Below, piece after piece: positions 29,083-38,689 of a DNA stretch of 64,000 nucleotides. Made by a program: the position numbers and the translations under genes. Below the pieces are notes generated by a model. The model made no database searches. It was not told the origin of the DNA and saw only the letters and a list, made by a program, of their open reading frames with translations. Source of the stretch: Nitrospirota bacterium (GTDB taxonomy: Bacteria; Nitrospirota; UBA9217); the NCBI GenBank assembly GCA_029858565.1, contig JAOUEV010000010.1:1-64000 (forward strand), read 5' to 3'. Each line of letters starts with the position of its first letter. Within the stretch, counting starts at the first letter, position 1.

Positions 29083-30174
29083 CTAAACGTCCATGTCCTG
29101 CATGGGTTTGATCAGCAGGAAATAGACCATGGTCCAGTTCCCCAATATGATGAAGATGTTCGCCACCCAGCTCGACACAGCCAGGGTCGCCACGCCGGTC
29201 AGGCTGTGACCGATGTTGCAGCCGCCGCCGATCTGCGCGCCGACTCCCATGACGAATCCGCCAAGAAGGACCTTCAGGAGCTCATCCGCCGGAGGAACCT
29301 TCAGCTTCACTTCCTGAAGAAGCTTTCCGCTGATATAGGCGCCGAACGGAACTGCCAGAACATACAGCGAGCTCCAGGAGAACGTTATGCCCAGGAGCGA
29401 CATGGACTCCGTGGCCGGCGCCTTGGAATCGCCGAAGAACACGGCAAGGAAGAACTCGCGCACCGGGCCGGTGAAGGAAAGGCCGCGCGCCCGGCCGCCG
29501 TAATACGCAGACGCCCAGAAGGCCAGCACGGCGACGATGCCGATCAGCAGGCCGGCGAGGGACCAGGAATAGCCCTTTTTTGCCTTGGTGAAGGGCTTGC
29601 CCTGGAATACGAAGTAGAGCAGCACCGCGCAGATGATCGCGATCACGATCCACTTGTTCACTCCGATGACGTTGTACAGCGTGGGCACCGTGTCCTCGCC
29701 CACCCAGACGACGCGCTCTTCAGCGATCATCCAGTTGTACACCGGCTTCAGGAATCCGAACTTGGTGATGACGATGCCGAAGAAGAAGCCGCAGACCGCG
29801 AGAACATAGGCAAGGTTGCCCTCACCCACGCGGTACAGGATGCCGCTTCCGCAGCCGCCGGCAAGCACGATGCCCATGCCGAAGATATATCCGCCGATAA
29901 TGTTCGCCCAGGGCACAAAGGCCTGACGATAGAGCGGGCCGGCGACCATGGCCCCGGTCCCGTCATTTGACATGAGCCAGCCCATGTCCTCGAACAGGTT
30001 GGCGCCGATGATGGCCACGGCAACAGCGAGCAAATATGCCCGGATCATCGTGTAGTCCTGGAACAGGACCTCCCGATATGCCGAGTTGATGCAGAACCTG
30101 CCCCGCTGAAGCGACCAGCCCATTGCAAGACCGATCAAAAGACCAGAAAGCAAGAACATCGCAGTAGAAACCAT
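29083..30174 (-). CDS. YeeE/YedE thiosulfate/sulfur-compound transporter
   Basis: QRGRFC, LAGGCGSG, GGGCNIGH conserved Cys motifs. Confidence 0.92.
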   Translation of the reverse strand: MVSTAMFLLSGLLIGLAMGWSLQRGRFCINSAYREVLFQDYTMIRAYLLAVAVAIIGANLFEDMGWLMSNDGTGAMVAGPLYRQAFVPWANIIGGYIFGMGIVLAGGCGSGILYRVGEGNLAYVLAVCGFFFGIVITKFGFLKPVYNWMIAEERVVWVGEDTVPTLYNVIGVNKWIVIAIICAVLLYFVFQGKPFTKAKKGYSWSLAGLLIGIVAVLAFWASAYYGGRARGLSFTGPVREFFLAVFFGDSKAPATESMSLLGITFSWSSLYVLAVPFGAYISGKLLQEVKLKVPPADELLKVLLGGFVMGVGAQIGGGCNIGHSLTGVATLAVSSWVANIFIILGNWTMVYFLLIKPMQDMDV

Positions 30175-30257
30175 TCTCCCCTCCTTGACGGTTTTCCCCT
30201 AAGGTTTTCTACGGATACTGACTTGCGCAGTGCCTGTTGCTCTCAATCCGGATGTTC

Positions 30258-30500
30258 TTACGGCTTCTTGATGAACAGTTCCCATTTGTCGGCAAGCTTC
30301 ACTGATTCGAATCCGAATCCGCTCTTCTCGCAATACCGCGGGATGCTGTCCTCTGCCGATGCCGGCGCGTCGCACAACACCTTCAGGACCTGACCGCTGC
30401 TGAGCTTCTCAACAGCCTTCTTCGTGAGCAGAAGCGGATAGGGGCAGACCCGTCCGAGCGTGTCAAGCGTCTGTGCCGGTGCTTCGTCTTTCAATGCCAT
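30258..30500 (-). CDS. tusA: TusA/YeeD-family sulfurtransferase
   Basis: LDTLGRVCPYPLL...L..GQVLKVLCD. Confidence 0.9.
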   Translation of the reverse strand: MALKDEAPAQTLDTLGRVCPYPLLLTKKAVEKLSSGQVLKVLCDAPASAEDSIPRYCEKSGFGFESVKLADKWELFIKKP

Positions 30501-30724
30501 GATGTGTACCCTCCTTGAGATATGATCAGCGTGTGGTATGCAGTCACCGTGACTGTTCGTTCATGGAAGAGGCAGTTCAGGTGTTGCGTAATCGTGAATC
30601 CGATGCGGGTGGTGCTACGTAAGAGTACATTACCTTATCAAAAACGTTGTGCCCTGTCAATACTCCCGTGCGGGAACAGCAGGGTTTCGCATATTTATCT
30701 TAGTTATAGGCTTGTGAATTCCGC

Positions 30725-31108
30725 TTATAGGATCGCGAGGACAGTGAGGATGATGACCAGGAGCAGCAGACCGAGGCCGGTGAATGCGGGGATCTTCCGG
30801 CCTGCAAGGGAGCGATCAGCGGAACGATCAAGGAACGGCGCGAGCAGCACTACGCTAAACGCCAGAGCCGGCAGGATGACCGCGCCGACAAAGGTCCAGG
30901 AGCCGGGGAAATACTTGGTCAGCTGATAAAGGAACAGGAAGTACCATTCCGGCCGGGGAGCGTAGGGCGCCGAAAGATCGATCTCCCGCCCCGGGGAAGG
31001 GGGGAACAGGGCCGCGAGCAGCAGGACCGTCTCGATGGTGAACAGCGCCACCACGGCCACTTCAAAGAAGTAATAGGGATAGAAGGTCTTTGGTCTGTTC
31101 TGTTCCAT
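30725..31108 (-). CDS. Cytochrome b/b6 C-terminal (subunit IV-like) protein
   Basis: FYP, RPEWYFLFLYQL, LAPFLDR; three TM segments. Confidence 0.8.
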   Translation of the reverse strand: MEQNRPKTFYPYYFFEVAVVALFTIETVLLLAALFPPSPGREIDLSAPYAPRPEWYFLFLYQLTKYFPGSWTFVGAVILPALAFSVVLLAPFLDRSADRSLAGRKIPAFTGLGLLLLVIILTVLAIL

Positions 31109-31169
31109 GGCGCGTCCCGGAGCAGGACCATTCTACCGCAGTCCCGCGTCCGGCGCAATGGTGCGGAGA

Positions 31170-32225
31170 TCATGCTTCAGGAAAACACTGCGGGTCCTCG
31201 CCAAGGTAATCGTCAAGCCCCTGTGACCGGGAGTAGGAGAAGGCGATCGCGCGGCATCCCCGGCAGGAGTCCCAGCGGCCGCAGGAGCCGCACCGTCCGG
31301 AATAGCGGTCCTTGTCGCGCAGCGCTTCCGGCACCGGTGACAGGGCCCAGACCTCGCGCAGGGAATCAATGCGCACGTTCCCGAGCGGCACGGGCATGCG
31401 GCGGCAGGGAACGATCGTACCGTCCGCTGAAATGGTTATGCCCGATACGCCGGCTGCGCACCCGCCGCAGAGCGCGTCGGACCGGCGCATCCGCTTTTTC
31501 CCTTTCGCTGTTGTCCGCATATGGGAAGCCACCGGGTCGCCGGTCACGATCTCCAGGTTCCTGATGTCGAAGGAAAAGATATGTTCATAGAGCGCCCGTA
31601 CTTCCGCGGGAGACAGCATCTCCGAGACCAGTTCGCAACCCCGGCCGGCTGGCACCATCCGGGAGAAGCCGACCCGCTGCACGCCCATGTGCGAAGCGAA
31701 CAGGATGACCTTCTTCATGCTCTTCGCGTTCATTCGCGACAGCGTCACATTGAGCGTAACCGGGAGACCGGCGTCCAGCAGACGCTCCGCCCCGTCGGTT
31801 GCCCGGGAAAAGCTTCCTCCGCCCCGGACGTTGTCGTGCACCTCTTCGCATCCCTCGAAGCTGACCTGCACACCCTTGATGCCGGGGCCGGCCAGCTGCC
31901 GGGCCCGCTCCCGATCGACCTGCACGCCGTTGGTGAGCAGGAAAACATCGTAGCCGCGCTTTCTGATCCCGGCAAGGACCTCGGGAAGGTCCTCGCGCAG
32001 CAGCGGTTCGCCTCCGGTGATGTTGAAGCTCGGCGCTATCGACAGCGCATAAGCATCGGACCAGCGGCTGAACATATCGCCGATCTCATCAAGGACCTGT
32101 TCGATCTCCCGCAGGCTCAGCTCGACCGAACCACGGCCGTCCTGGTAACAGTGCCGGCAGGCCAGGTTGCATCGTTCCGTCACATGCCATTGGATCAGAA
32201 AATCGAATTCGTCGTGTATTGCCAT
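31170..32225 (-). CDS. Radical SAM/SPASM protein, substrate unknown
   Basis: IQWHVTERCNLACRHCY, TGGEP, GCAAG...PCRR...CGSC....CRGCRA. Confidence 0.9.
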   Translation of the reverse strand: MAIHDEFDFLIQWHVTERCNLACRHCYQDGRGSVELSLREIEQVLDEIGDMFSRWSDAYALSIAPSFNITGGEPLLREDLPEVLAGIRKRGYDVFLLTNGVQVDRERARQLAGPGIKGVQVSFEGCEEVHDNVRGGGSFSRATDGAERLLDAGLPVTLNVTLSRMNAKSMKKVILFASHMGVQRVGFSRMVPAGRGCELVSEMLSPAEVRALYEHIFSFDIRNLEIVTGDPVASHMRTTAKGKKRMRRSDALCGGCAAGVSGITISADGTIVPCRRMPVPLGNVRIDSLREVWALSPVPEALRDKDRYSGRCGSCGRWDSCRGCRAIAFSYSRSQGLDDYLGEDPQCFPEA

Positions 32226-32494
32226 GGGGACCGCCCAGAATATCCGTCCGGTTCAGGACGTTTACCAGAAGCCCGGGAACGGACCAGACCAGGAAGAGGA
32301 TTTTCACGCACAGATGCGCTGCAAGAACAAACATAGCATAGTAAAGACAGGGAAAGGCTGAGGAAGGATTACTTAAAGGATTAAAAGGCTGGTGAACCAA
32401 AGAACGGGTTGGAAACACGGATTCCCTTGCTACATGCTACTTGACCTTGTTACAGGTATATCATGCCCGGCTACTGGCTGCCGGGTACCGGCTC

Positions 32495-33406
32495 CTAGAA
32501 CCCCAGGCTGTTCTGGAACTTCTGCCAGGGCGTCTTGGGCTTGGATTTCTTGAACCAGACGCCCCATGCGAGCGTGATGATCAGAATGATGACAACAGCA
32601 ATGGTGCCGTACTGGACCGCGCGGGAATGCCGGACCTCGCTTCGCCACCAATGGAAACCGGTGTTCGCCATATCCCCGGCCTTGCGGATGGCGTCGGGCG
32701 TCTTCTGGACCAGGCCTTGCACATGGTCCAGCGCCGGCGCAAGCGCGGCGCCGGCAGACATCCTGTCGCGAACACGGTCCAGTCCGTGGCCGCCAAAGGG
32801 AAGGCTCGCCACCGCGGGAACGCCCTCGTCGCCCGACGCCTGGCCGGGAACATTGCCCCGCTGCTTCAGCGAATACCCGCCGGCCTCGTCAGCGCGCGGC
32901 ACGCGGTAGAGCCGCACCTTGCCGCTTATCCCTTTCAGTTCCGCGTAGCCGACCTCTTCGCTCGGCACCTCGGTGCGGGTCATGGACAGGTACACCGACT
33001 CTGAGAAATAGATCTCCCCTGCGCCCGCCTTGCCCTCGATGCGCGAAGCGATGTTCACGGCCTCGCCGTACACATCCCCGCCGTCAATGCGCACCTCGCC
33101 CACATTGACCGCCGCGCGGATGGTAAAGCGGTCCGCGGGATCGAGCGCCGCGTCGGTCTCGGCGATCCGGTCGTGGATCGCCATGGAACAGAGCAGCGCG
33201 TCCGTGGGAGAGCGAAAGGTCAGGAGGTAAGCATCGCCGATGGTCTTGATCACCCTGCCTGAATAGCAGCGCACGAGAGGCCGCACGATCCCGTCGAAGC
33301 GCCTCAGCATTTGAAGGTTCTCTTCGCGCGTCTGGTTCGAGGTCCGGGGGGTGAAGCCGGCAATATCGATGAAAACGATGGCGAGATTTTCTGTTCGCAT
33401 GGGCAT
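32495..33406 (-). CDS. Class III adenylate/guanylate cyclase with C-terminal TM segment
   Basis: VFIDIAGFT, IKTIGDA, DVYGEAVNIASRIE, ELKG; the K/D specificity residues favour ATP. Confidence 0.88.
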   Translation of the reverse strand: MPMRTENLAIVFIDIAGFTPRTSNQTREENLQMLRRFDGIVRPLVRCYSGRVIKTIGDAYLLTFRSPTDALLCSMAIHDRIAETDAALDPADRFTIRAAVNVGEVRIDGGDVYGEAVNIASRIEGKAGAGEIYFSESVYLSMTRTEVPSEEVGYAELKGISGKVRLYRVPRADEAGGYSLKQRGNVPGQASGDEGVPAVASLPFGGHGLDRVRDRMSAGAALAPALDHVQGLVQKTPDAIRKAGDMANTGFHWWRSEVRHSRAVQYGTIAVVIILIITLAWGVWFKKSKPKTPWQKFQNSLGF

Positions 33407-33544
33407 GTCCGGCAGACTTGCCGGACGAATTGATATACCATCGGCGCCCGGTGCGTGTCAAGACCAATGAAGTGATAAGCAGTAAGGCGAAGAAAAAAAT
33501 ACTGATTGCTTACAGCTCTACAGCTTATCGCTTTAGAGCTGTCT

Positions 33545-34549
33545 TTAGTGCGTCAACTCCCTCAGCTTGGGAATGAGCCGCTCGTACTGCTCCACCGGGA
33601 TCTGGGAGTGCCACTTGCCGCTCACGACGCCGATGCCGATCACCAGGTAGAACAGGCCCACGAGCAGCGCAACGTAGATCGCGGGTTTGAGCACTTTGAT
33701 CGTCTTACCCGTGTTCGCGGTCATGTCCAGCGCGCCCGGCGACGGACAGGAGCTCACGCAGGTCATGCAGCCAAAGCACTCTGCGGACCTCACGACCTCG
33801 GTCTTCTCCACGTCGATCAGGGCCGGGCAGGAACGGGTGCAGGCGCCGCAATGGGTGCACTGCGATTCGCTCCGCCGCACCTTCACCGGGCTCCAGCGCG
33901 ACAGCAGTCCCAGGAGCGCTCCGTAGGGGCAGAGATACCGGCACCAGAAGTTCTTGTAGAGCAGGGACAGCACCGCGAGACCGCCGATCACCCACATGCT
34001 CAACACCGACATGTCGGTGAAGAACTTGAGCATCTTCACGTCCGCGATCACGTAATAATCGGACATGAAGAACATGACGATCATGGTGGTGCCCATGGCG
34101 AACACGATGATGTAGAAGAAGAAGGTGAACAGTGCGTACTTGATGCTCCGGAGGCCGATGTCAGTGTACCGCTCGACCCGGAAGTTCTTTCCGAAGATCT
34201 TTTCCCCTGCCATCCAGACATACTGCGAGGCCGTGCCGATAGGGCAGATCCAGCCGCAGAATCCCTTCTTGAGCGCCAGGGACACGCCGCAGATAGCGAT
34301 GAACATGATGACGCCCGAAGGATGGACCGGCTCGATATTCCCGGTCATCACAAAATACTTGAAGGCCATGAGCCCGCCGATGGGCAGATAGGCGTCAACC
34401 GACGGCGGACGCTGCACAAATGGCTGCGTCGGGTCCTCGAAGTGGAGCACAAAGCGGTAGAACTGCCAGCCGGCGACGAGCGTGATCAGCAGGAACGCGG
34501 CCTGAACCGCGTAGCGCATATAGCGAATGGAGGCTCTTGTATCGTTCAT
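33545..34549 (-). CDS. Membrane polyferredoxin (NapH/YccM-like 4Fe-4S binding protein)
   Basis: FCGWICPIG, WCRYLCPYG, CTHCGACTRSCP, CFGCMTCVSSCP. Confidence 0.9.
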   Translation of the reverse strand: MNDTRASIRYMRYAVQAAFLLITLVAGWQFYRFVLHFEDPTQPFVQRPPSVDAYLPIGGLMAFKYFVMTGNIEPVHPSGVIMFIAICGVSLALKKGFCGWICPIGTASQYVWMAGEKIFGKNFRVERYTDIGLRSIKYALFTFFFYIIVFAMGTTMIVMFFMSDYYVIADVKMLKFFTDMSVLSMWVIGGLAVLSLLYKNFWCRYLCPYGALLGLLSRWSPVKVRRSESQCTHCGACTRSCPALIDVEKTEVVRSAECFGCMTCVSSCPSPGALDMTANTGKTIKVLKPAIYVALLVGLFYLVIGIGVVSGKWHSQIPVEQYERLIPKLRELTH

Positions 34550-34706
34550 GCAAGGAGTATAGCACCCGCGGCAGGCAGCGGACTATGACGGGTATCATAA
34601 AGCGGGGCGAAAAAAATGGCGAGGATCGGTTCCTCGCCATTAAGCGCTCATGGTTCCATGACCCGGTCGAGGGCCATGGCGTTGGTTCACCTGCTGAAAC
34701 GGCTGG

Positions 34707-34937
34707 TCACCGCCTGGTTATGATCTTCTGAATGTTCAGCACCCGGTTCAGTTCGGTCGGATCCACTGCGCCCATGCGCACGAGAATGTCGCCGATCAGT
34801 CCCTTGCTGTATTTCTGGTGCTCCAGGGCAAAATCCAGGTCCTGGGGCACAATGTACTCCCCTGCCACCAGCATGGTCCCGATAGGCGGCGCCATGGCTT
34901 TATCTATTTCGATCTCCCTGTTCTTTCTTTCTCCCAT
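34707..34937 (-). CDS. Stand-alone MshEN-like small protein
   Basis: PIGTMLV...DLDFALEHQ and LIGDILVRMG...ELNRVLNIQ tandem motif. Confidence 0.7.
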   Translation of the reverse strand: MGERKNREIEIDKAMAPPIGTMLVAGEYIVPQDLDFALEHQKYSKGLIGDILVRMGAVDPTELNRVLNIQKIITRR

Positions 34938-35083
34938 GCTCCCCACACCCTTTCCCTGCAAGATCAGACAACTAATATAAATTGTCTGGCCACTATTTTA
35001 TAGTTGCAATACCTGATTGTCAAGGGAAAGTTGCCGAATAAAGTGAATATTATGTGTCCTTAATAAGATAGCAAATCGAATGA

Positions 35084-35096
35084 AATCAACATGTTA
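35084..35096. promoter_or_regulatory. IHF-like binding site in AT-rich intergenic DNA
   Basis: AATCAA-catg-TTA matches WATCAA-N4-TTR. Confidence 0.45.
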
Positions 35097-35161
35097 TTGT
35101 GTTTTCGAAAAAAGACATTTGGAAGATTTCCATATTGGAATGAGTTTCGTTCATGATCCTA

Positions 35162-35905
35162 CTAGCTGCTGCGTTGCTGATCATCCAACAGGGTTATGCC
35201 GAGAGCGCTGGAAAATCCCGCACAAAAAGCCGCCTTGACCTCATGCAGCGGGACCTGTTGCCGCAGTTCCCTCTCGATGGAAGTGACCTTTTCCAGCAGT
35301 TCGCCGCAGGGTATCACCTCGGCGTCGAACAAGGGATCATGGCTGATAAGGATCGATCCATGCTGCAGGAACGCTCCGGGCACGCGGCGCTGGGCGCTTC
35401 CCACGATCTTCCTTCCTGACACAACGATCTCGTACCACGAGGGAGAGGAAAAGCACGAGGGATCGCGGCTGTTTTTTTTCACCAGTTCGGCGTGCCGGCC
35501 CGTCCGCGTCACCAGTTCGGCGGGGATCCCGAGGTTCCTGAGCCCGGCCAGCAGCCCGGCGGCAATGACCTTGTACGTGCCGATCACGTCAGGAGGGAAC
35601 AAGGCGTTCCCCTCGGGGCACACGATGCTGTAGGTCAGCTCGGAATTGTGCAGCACCGCGCGTCCGCCGGTGATCCTGCGGACGACATCCACGCCCCGGC
35701 GTCGGCAGGCGTCGGCGTTCACCGCTGTTTCCAGCCGCTGGAACCTGCCGATGGAAACAGCCGGCGGGTCCCAGGCATAGAACCGGAGCACGGGCAGCGC
35801 GCCAGGCAGCAGGGCCTGCGCCAGGAGCTGCTCATCGACCGCCATGTTGTCGGATGCCCGACCCGGGCCGCTGTCGATATATCGCCACAGGTGTACGCTG
35901 TTCAT
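35162..35905 (-). CDS. Lipoate-protein ligase A / octanoyltransferase (LipM-like)
   Basis: [40 protein letters not shown]. Confidence 0.9.
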   Translation of the reverse strand: MNSVHLWRYIDSGPGRASDNMAVDEQLLAQALLPGALPVLRFYAWDPPAVSIGRFQRLETAVNADACRRRGVDVVRRITGGRAVLHNSELTYSIVCPEGNALFPPDVIGTYKVIAAGLLAGLRNLGIPAELVTRTGRHAELVKKNSRDPSCFSSPSWYEIVVSGRKIVGSAQRRVPGAFLQHGSILISHDPLFDAEVIPCGELLEKVTSIERELRQQVPLHEVKAAFCAGFSSALGITLLDDQQRSS

Positions 35906-36048
35906 AGAATGGCGCAGACATATCCGCTCGTCAGATGGATGCAGGCAACGCCCGCGGGCTTTCCCTGCTCCATCCCGGGGATGGACGACGACAGCGACGG
36001 CGCAATGCAGCAGGCCCCGCATCCGATGCGGCATTCCATCCTGGGCAT
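35902..36048 (-). pseudogene. Truncated YkgJ/YeiW-family cysteine-cluster protein
   Basis: Hand translation [48 protein letters not shown]. Confidence 0.75.
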
Positions 36049-36125
36049 GAGATCCGATACCTCTTTTCAATTTTCGCTGATTCTGGTATAGTCCACTTCG
36101 TTCACTTCACCTGAAGGGATAGGCC

Positions 36126-37034
36126 ATGGGCGTACTTGACAGCATCGGCAACACACCGCTCGTAAAGCTCGAATCGATCAATCCCAATCCATCGGTGCAG
36201 GTTTTTGCCAAGCTGGAAGGGAACAATCCCGGCGGATCGGTCAAGGACCGCATCGCACTTGCCATGGTCCGCGACGCGGAGCGTTCCGGATCGCTCAAGC
36301 CGGGGGATACGATCCTCGAAGCAACCTCGGGGAACACCGGCATAGGCCTTGCCATGGTCGGCGCGGCCCTGGGCTATAAGGTCATCCTCACCATGCCCGA
36401 GTGCGTGAGCCAGGAGCGCAGGAAGATCCTCGAGGCCTTCGGCGCCGAGCTCATCCTCACCAAGGGCTGCGAAGGCACCGACGGCGCGATCAAGGTCTGC
36501 CGCCGCATGCATGAAGAGAACCCGGGGAAGTACTTCATGCCCAACCAGTTCGACAATCCCGCCAATATCGCGGCGCACTACCAGACCACGGGCCTTGAGA
36601 TCATCGAGCAGACCAGGGGCAAGCTCAACGCCTTTGTCGCGGGGCTCGGCACCACCGGCACGCTCATGGGAGCAGGCAGACGGCTCAAGGAGCACGACCG
36701 GTCGATCCGCGTCGTTGCCGTCGAACCGAACCTGGGCCACAAGATCCAGGGCCTCAAGAACATGAAGGAATCGATCGTGCCGAAGAACTTCGATCCCTCG
36801 TTCCCCGACGAGAAGATCAACGTGAACGACGTCGACGCATTCGCCACCACGCGGGCACTGGCGCTCAAGGAAGGCCTGTTCGTGGGCATGAGCAGCGGCG
36901 CCGCCGCCTTCGGCGCGCTCGAGCTCGCGAAACGCATGGACCGCGGCACTATCGTCGTTATCCTGCCGGACCGCGGGGACCGCTACCTCAGCACGTCCCT
37001 GTTCACGTCGGTCTGCGCACAGTGTCCGCCGTGA
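36126..37034 (+). CDS. PLP-dependent cysteine synthase (CysM/CysK family)
   Basis: IGNTPLV, NPGGSVKDR, EATSGNTG, GTTGT, GMSSG, PDRGDRYLST; C-terminal CAQCPP. Confidence 0.93.
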   Translation: MGVLDSIGNTPLVKLESINPNPSVQVFAKLEGNNPGGSVKDRIALAMVRDAERSGSLKPGDTILEATSGNTGIGLAMVGAALGYKVILTMPECVSQERRKILEAFGAELILTKGCEGTDGAIKVCRRMHEENPGKYFMPNQFDNPANIAAHYQTTGLEIIEQTRGKLNAFVAGLGTTGTLMGAGRRLKEHDRSIRVVAVEPNLGHKIQGLKNMKESIVPKNFDPSFPDEKINVNDVDAFATTRALALKEGLFVGMSSGAAAFGALELAKRMDRGTIVVILPDRGDRYLSTSLFTSVCAQCPP

Positions 37035-37052
37035 GTTTTGCAATGGCCTTTT

Positions 37053-37294
37053 GCCACGGAAGAACCGGAAAAATCAAAAGCTGCTCTTTGACACTGGAGC
37101 TCTAAATCCAGAAGCTTTTCTTTGACACTGAAGACTCTGAGAACGGCTATGATAACGGCGAATAAAACTTTAGTCACGGAAGATTCTGAAAAACCGGAGC
37201 AGGAAGATTTATCCTGCCTCTTCATAGCCTCTATCCGCCTCTTCCGTGGCAAACGATCCGTCAGTGTCCTCAGTGTCTAAACCTTATTCCGGTT
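37053..37294. repeat. Long intergenic repeat, copy 1
   Basis: Near-identical to 38479-38689, with an extra internal duplication of the ctttgacactg segment. Confidence 0.9.
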
Positions 37295-38447
37295 TCCGTA
37301 GCTCACGCTTCGTTCCCAGATAGATATCATACTCCAGCAAACGACATTCGATGCCGCTGTTCCAGAACGGTATCTTCCGTTTGCTCTTCAACCCGATCTT
37401 CTTCGCCAGACCCGGATTGCCGGTGAACACATACCCCCGATAGCCCTGGCACTTCTGCTTCAGGAAATCGCCGATAGCTTCATAGACACCCTCCAGCTGC
37501 CGGATCTCTCCCATCCTCTCCCCGTATTCGGGATTCATCACCACCGCGCCGCCGCCGGCCGGGATGTCCGTTTCCGCAAAATCGCAGACCTTGAACTCGA
37601 TCAGGTGATCAACACCCGCGGTCAAGGCGTTCTTCTTCGCGGCGTCCACGGCCGCGGGGTCGATGTCCGTGGCGATGATCCTGGCGCCCAATTCCTTTTT
37701 CGCGGCCTTCCTGGCCTCGTCGCGCAGCAGCTTCCATTGCGTTTCATCATGGCCGAGCAGGTGCATGAATCCGAAGTTCGTTCGCAGCAGCCCCGGGGCC
37801 CGGTTCAGACCGATAAGCGCCGCCTCGATCGCGAGCGTTCCGCTCCCGGTCATGGGGTTCACAAAGCTCCCCTCGCCTGACCAGCCTGTCGCAAGCACCA
37901 CTCCGGCGGCCAGCGTTTCCTGCATGGGCGCGGCCATGGGGATCTTGCGATACCCGCGGCGGGACAGGGGCTCGCCCGAGGTGTCGAGGTAGAGCGAGGC
38001 CCTTCCCTCGGCCCAGTAGAGATGCACCACGGTACGATCGCGCTCCGGCCCTGAATCAGGCCTTCGTCCCTGGCGCTCCTTGATCCGGTCAACGATAGCG
38101 TCCTTGCACTTGAGGCTCGCGAAGCGCTGGTCCCGGATCGACTCCATCTGGACGCTCGAGGTCACGCAGAGATATCCGTCAGCCGGGATGAAGGTCTCCC
38201 AGGGGATCATTTTCACTCCCCGGTAGAGCTCGTCGGCCATCGCCGCCCTGAACTGCGCGAGTTCCACAAGCACGCGGTGTCCTGTGCGGATGCGAAGGTT
38301 CAGCACCATCGCGTCGCGCATATCTCCCTCGGTCTCGACCCCGGCGTTCCCTGCAGCAAGAACCGGAAATCCCAGGCCGGCCAGTTCCTGCGAAAGGATC
38401 GGCGGGATGCCCTTGGAGCAGGTTATGAGTATTCTGGATTTTTTCAT
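37284..38447 (-). CDS. THUMP-domain class I SAM-dependent RNA methyltransferase (RlmL-like)
   Basis: NLRIRTGHRVL, LDTSGEPLSRRGYR, APMQETLAA, NPMTGSGT, NPEYGER. Confidence 0.9.
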   Translation of the reverse strand: MKKSRILITCSKGIPPILSQELAGLGFPVLAAGNAGVETEGDMRDAMVLNLRIRTGHRVLVELAQFRAAMADELYRGVKMIPWETFIPADGYLCVTSSVQMESIRDQRFASLKCKDAIVDRIKERQGRRPDSGPERDRTVVHLYWAEGRASLYLDTSGEPLSRRGYRKIPMAAPMQETLAAGVVLATGWSGEGSFVNPMTGSGTLAIEAALIGLNRAPGLLRTNFGFMHLLGHDETQWKLLRDEARKAAKKELGARIIATDIDPAAVDAAKKNALTAGVDHLIEFKVCDFAETDIPAGGGAVVMNPEYGERMGEIRQLEGVYEAIGDFLKQKCQGYRGYVFTGNPGLAKKIGLKSKRKIPFWNSGIECRLLEYDIYLGTKRELRKPE

Positions 38448-38478
38448 AATAACGGCGGATCTCGTTTAAAACCTTTTA

Positions 38479-38689
38479 GCCACGGAAAAACCGGAAAAGT
38501 CAAAAGCTGTTCTTTGACACTGAAGACTCTGAGAACGGCTATGATAACGGCGGATAAAACTTTAGCCCCGGTAGGTTCTGAACGAAACCGGAACAGGAAG
38601 ATTTATCCTGCCTCTTCATAGCCTCTATCCGCCTCTTCCGTGGCAAAAGGTTCTTTTCAGTGTCCTCAGTGTCCAAACCTATTCCGGTT
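38479..38689. repeat. Long intergenic repeat, copy 2
   Basis: Direct repeat of 37053-37294. Confidence 0.9.

Noticed and set aside
32226-32495. RiPP precursor upstream of the radical SAM/SPASM gene
   Set aside because: No small ORF with an SD and a Cys/Ser-rich core was found.
37053-38689. CRISPR array or composite transposon
   Set aside because: Only two long copies, no regular repeat-spacer structure, and no cas or transposase gene.
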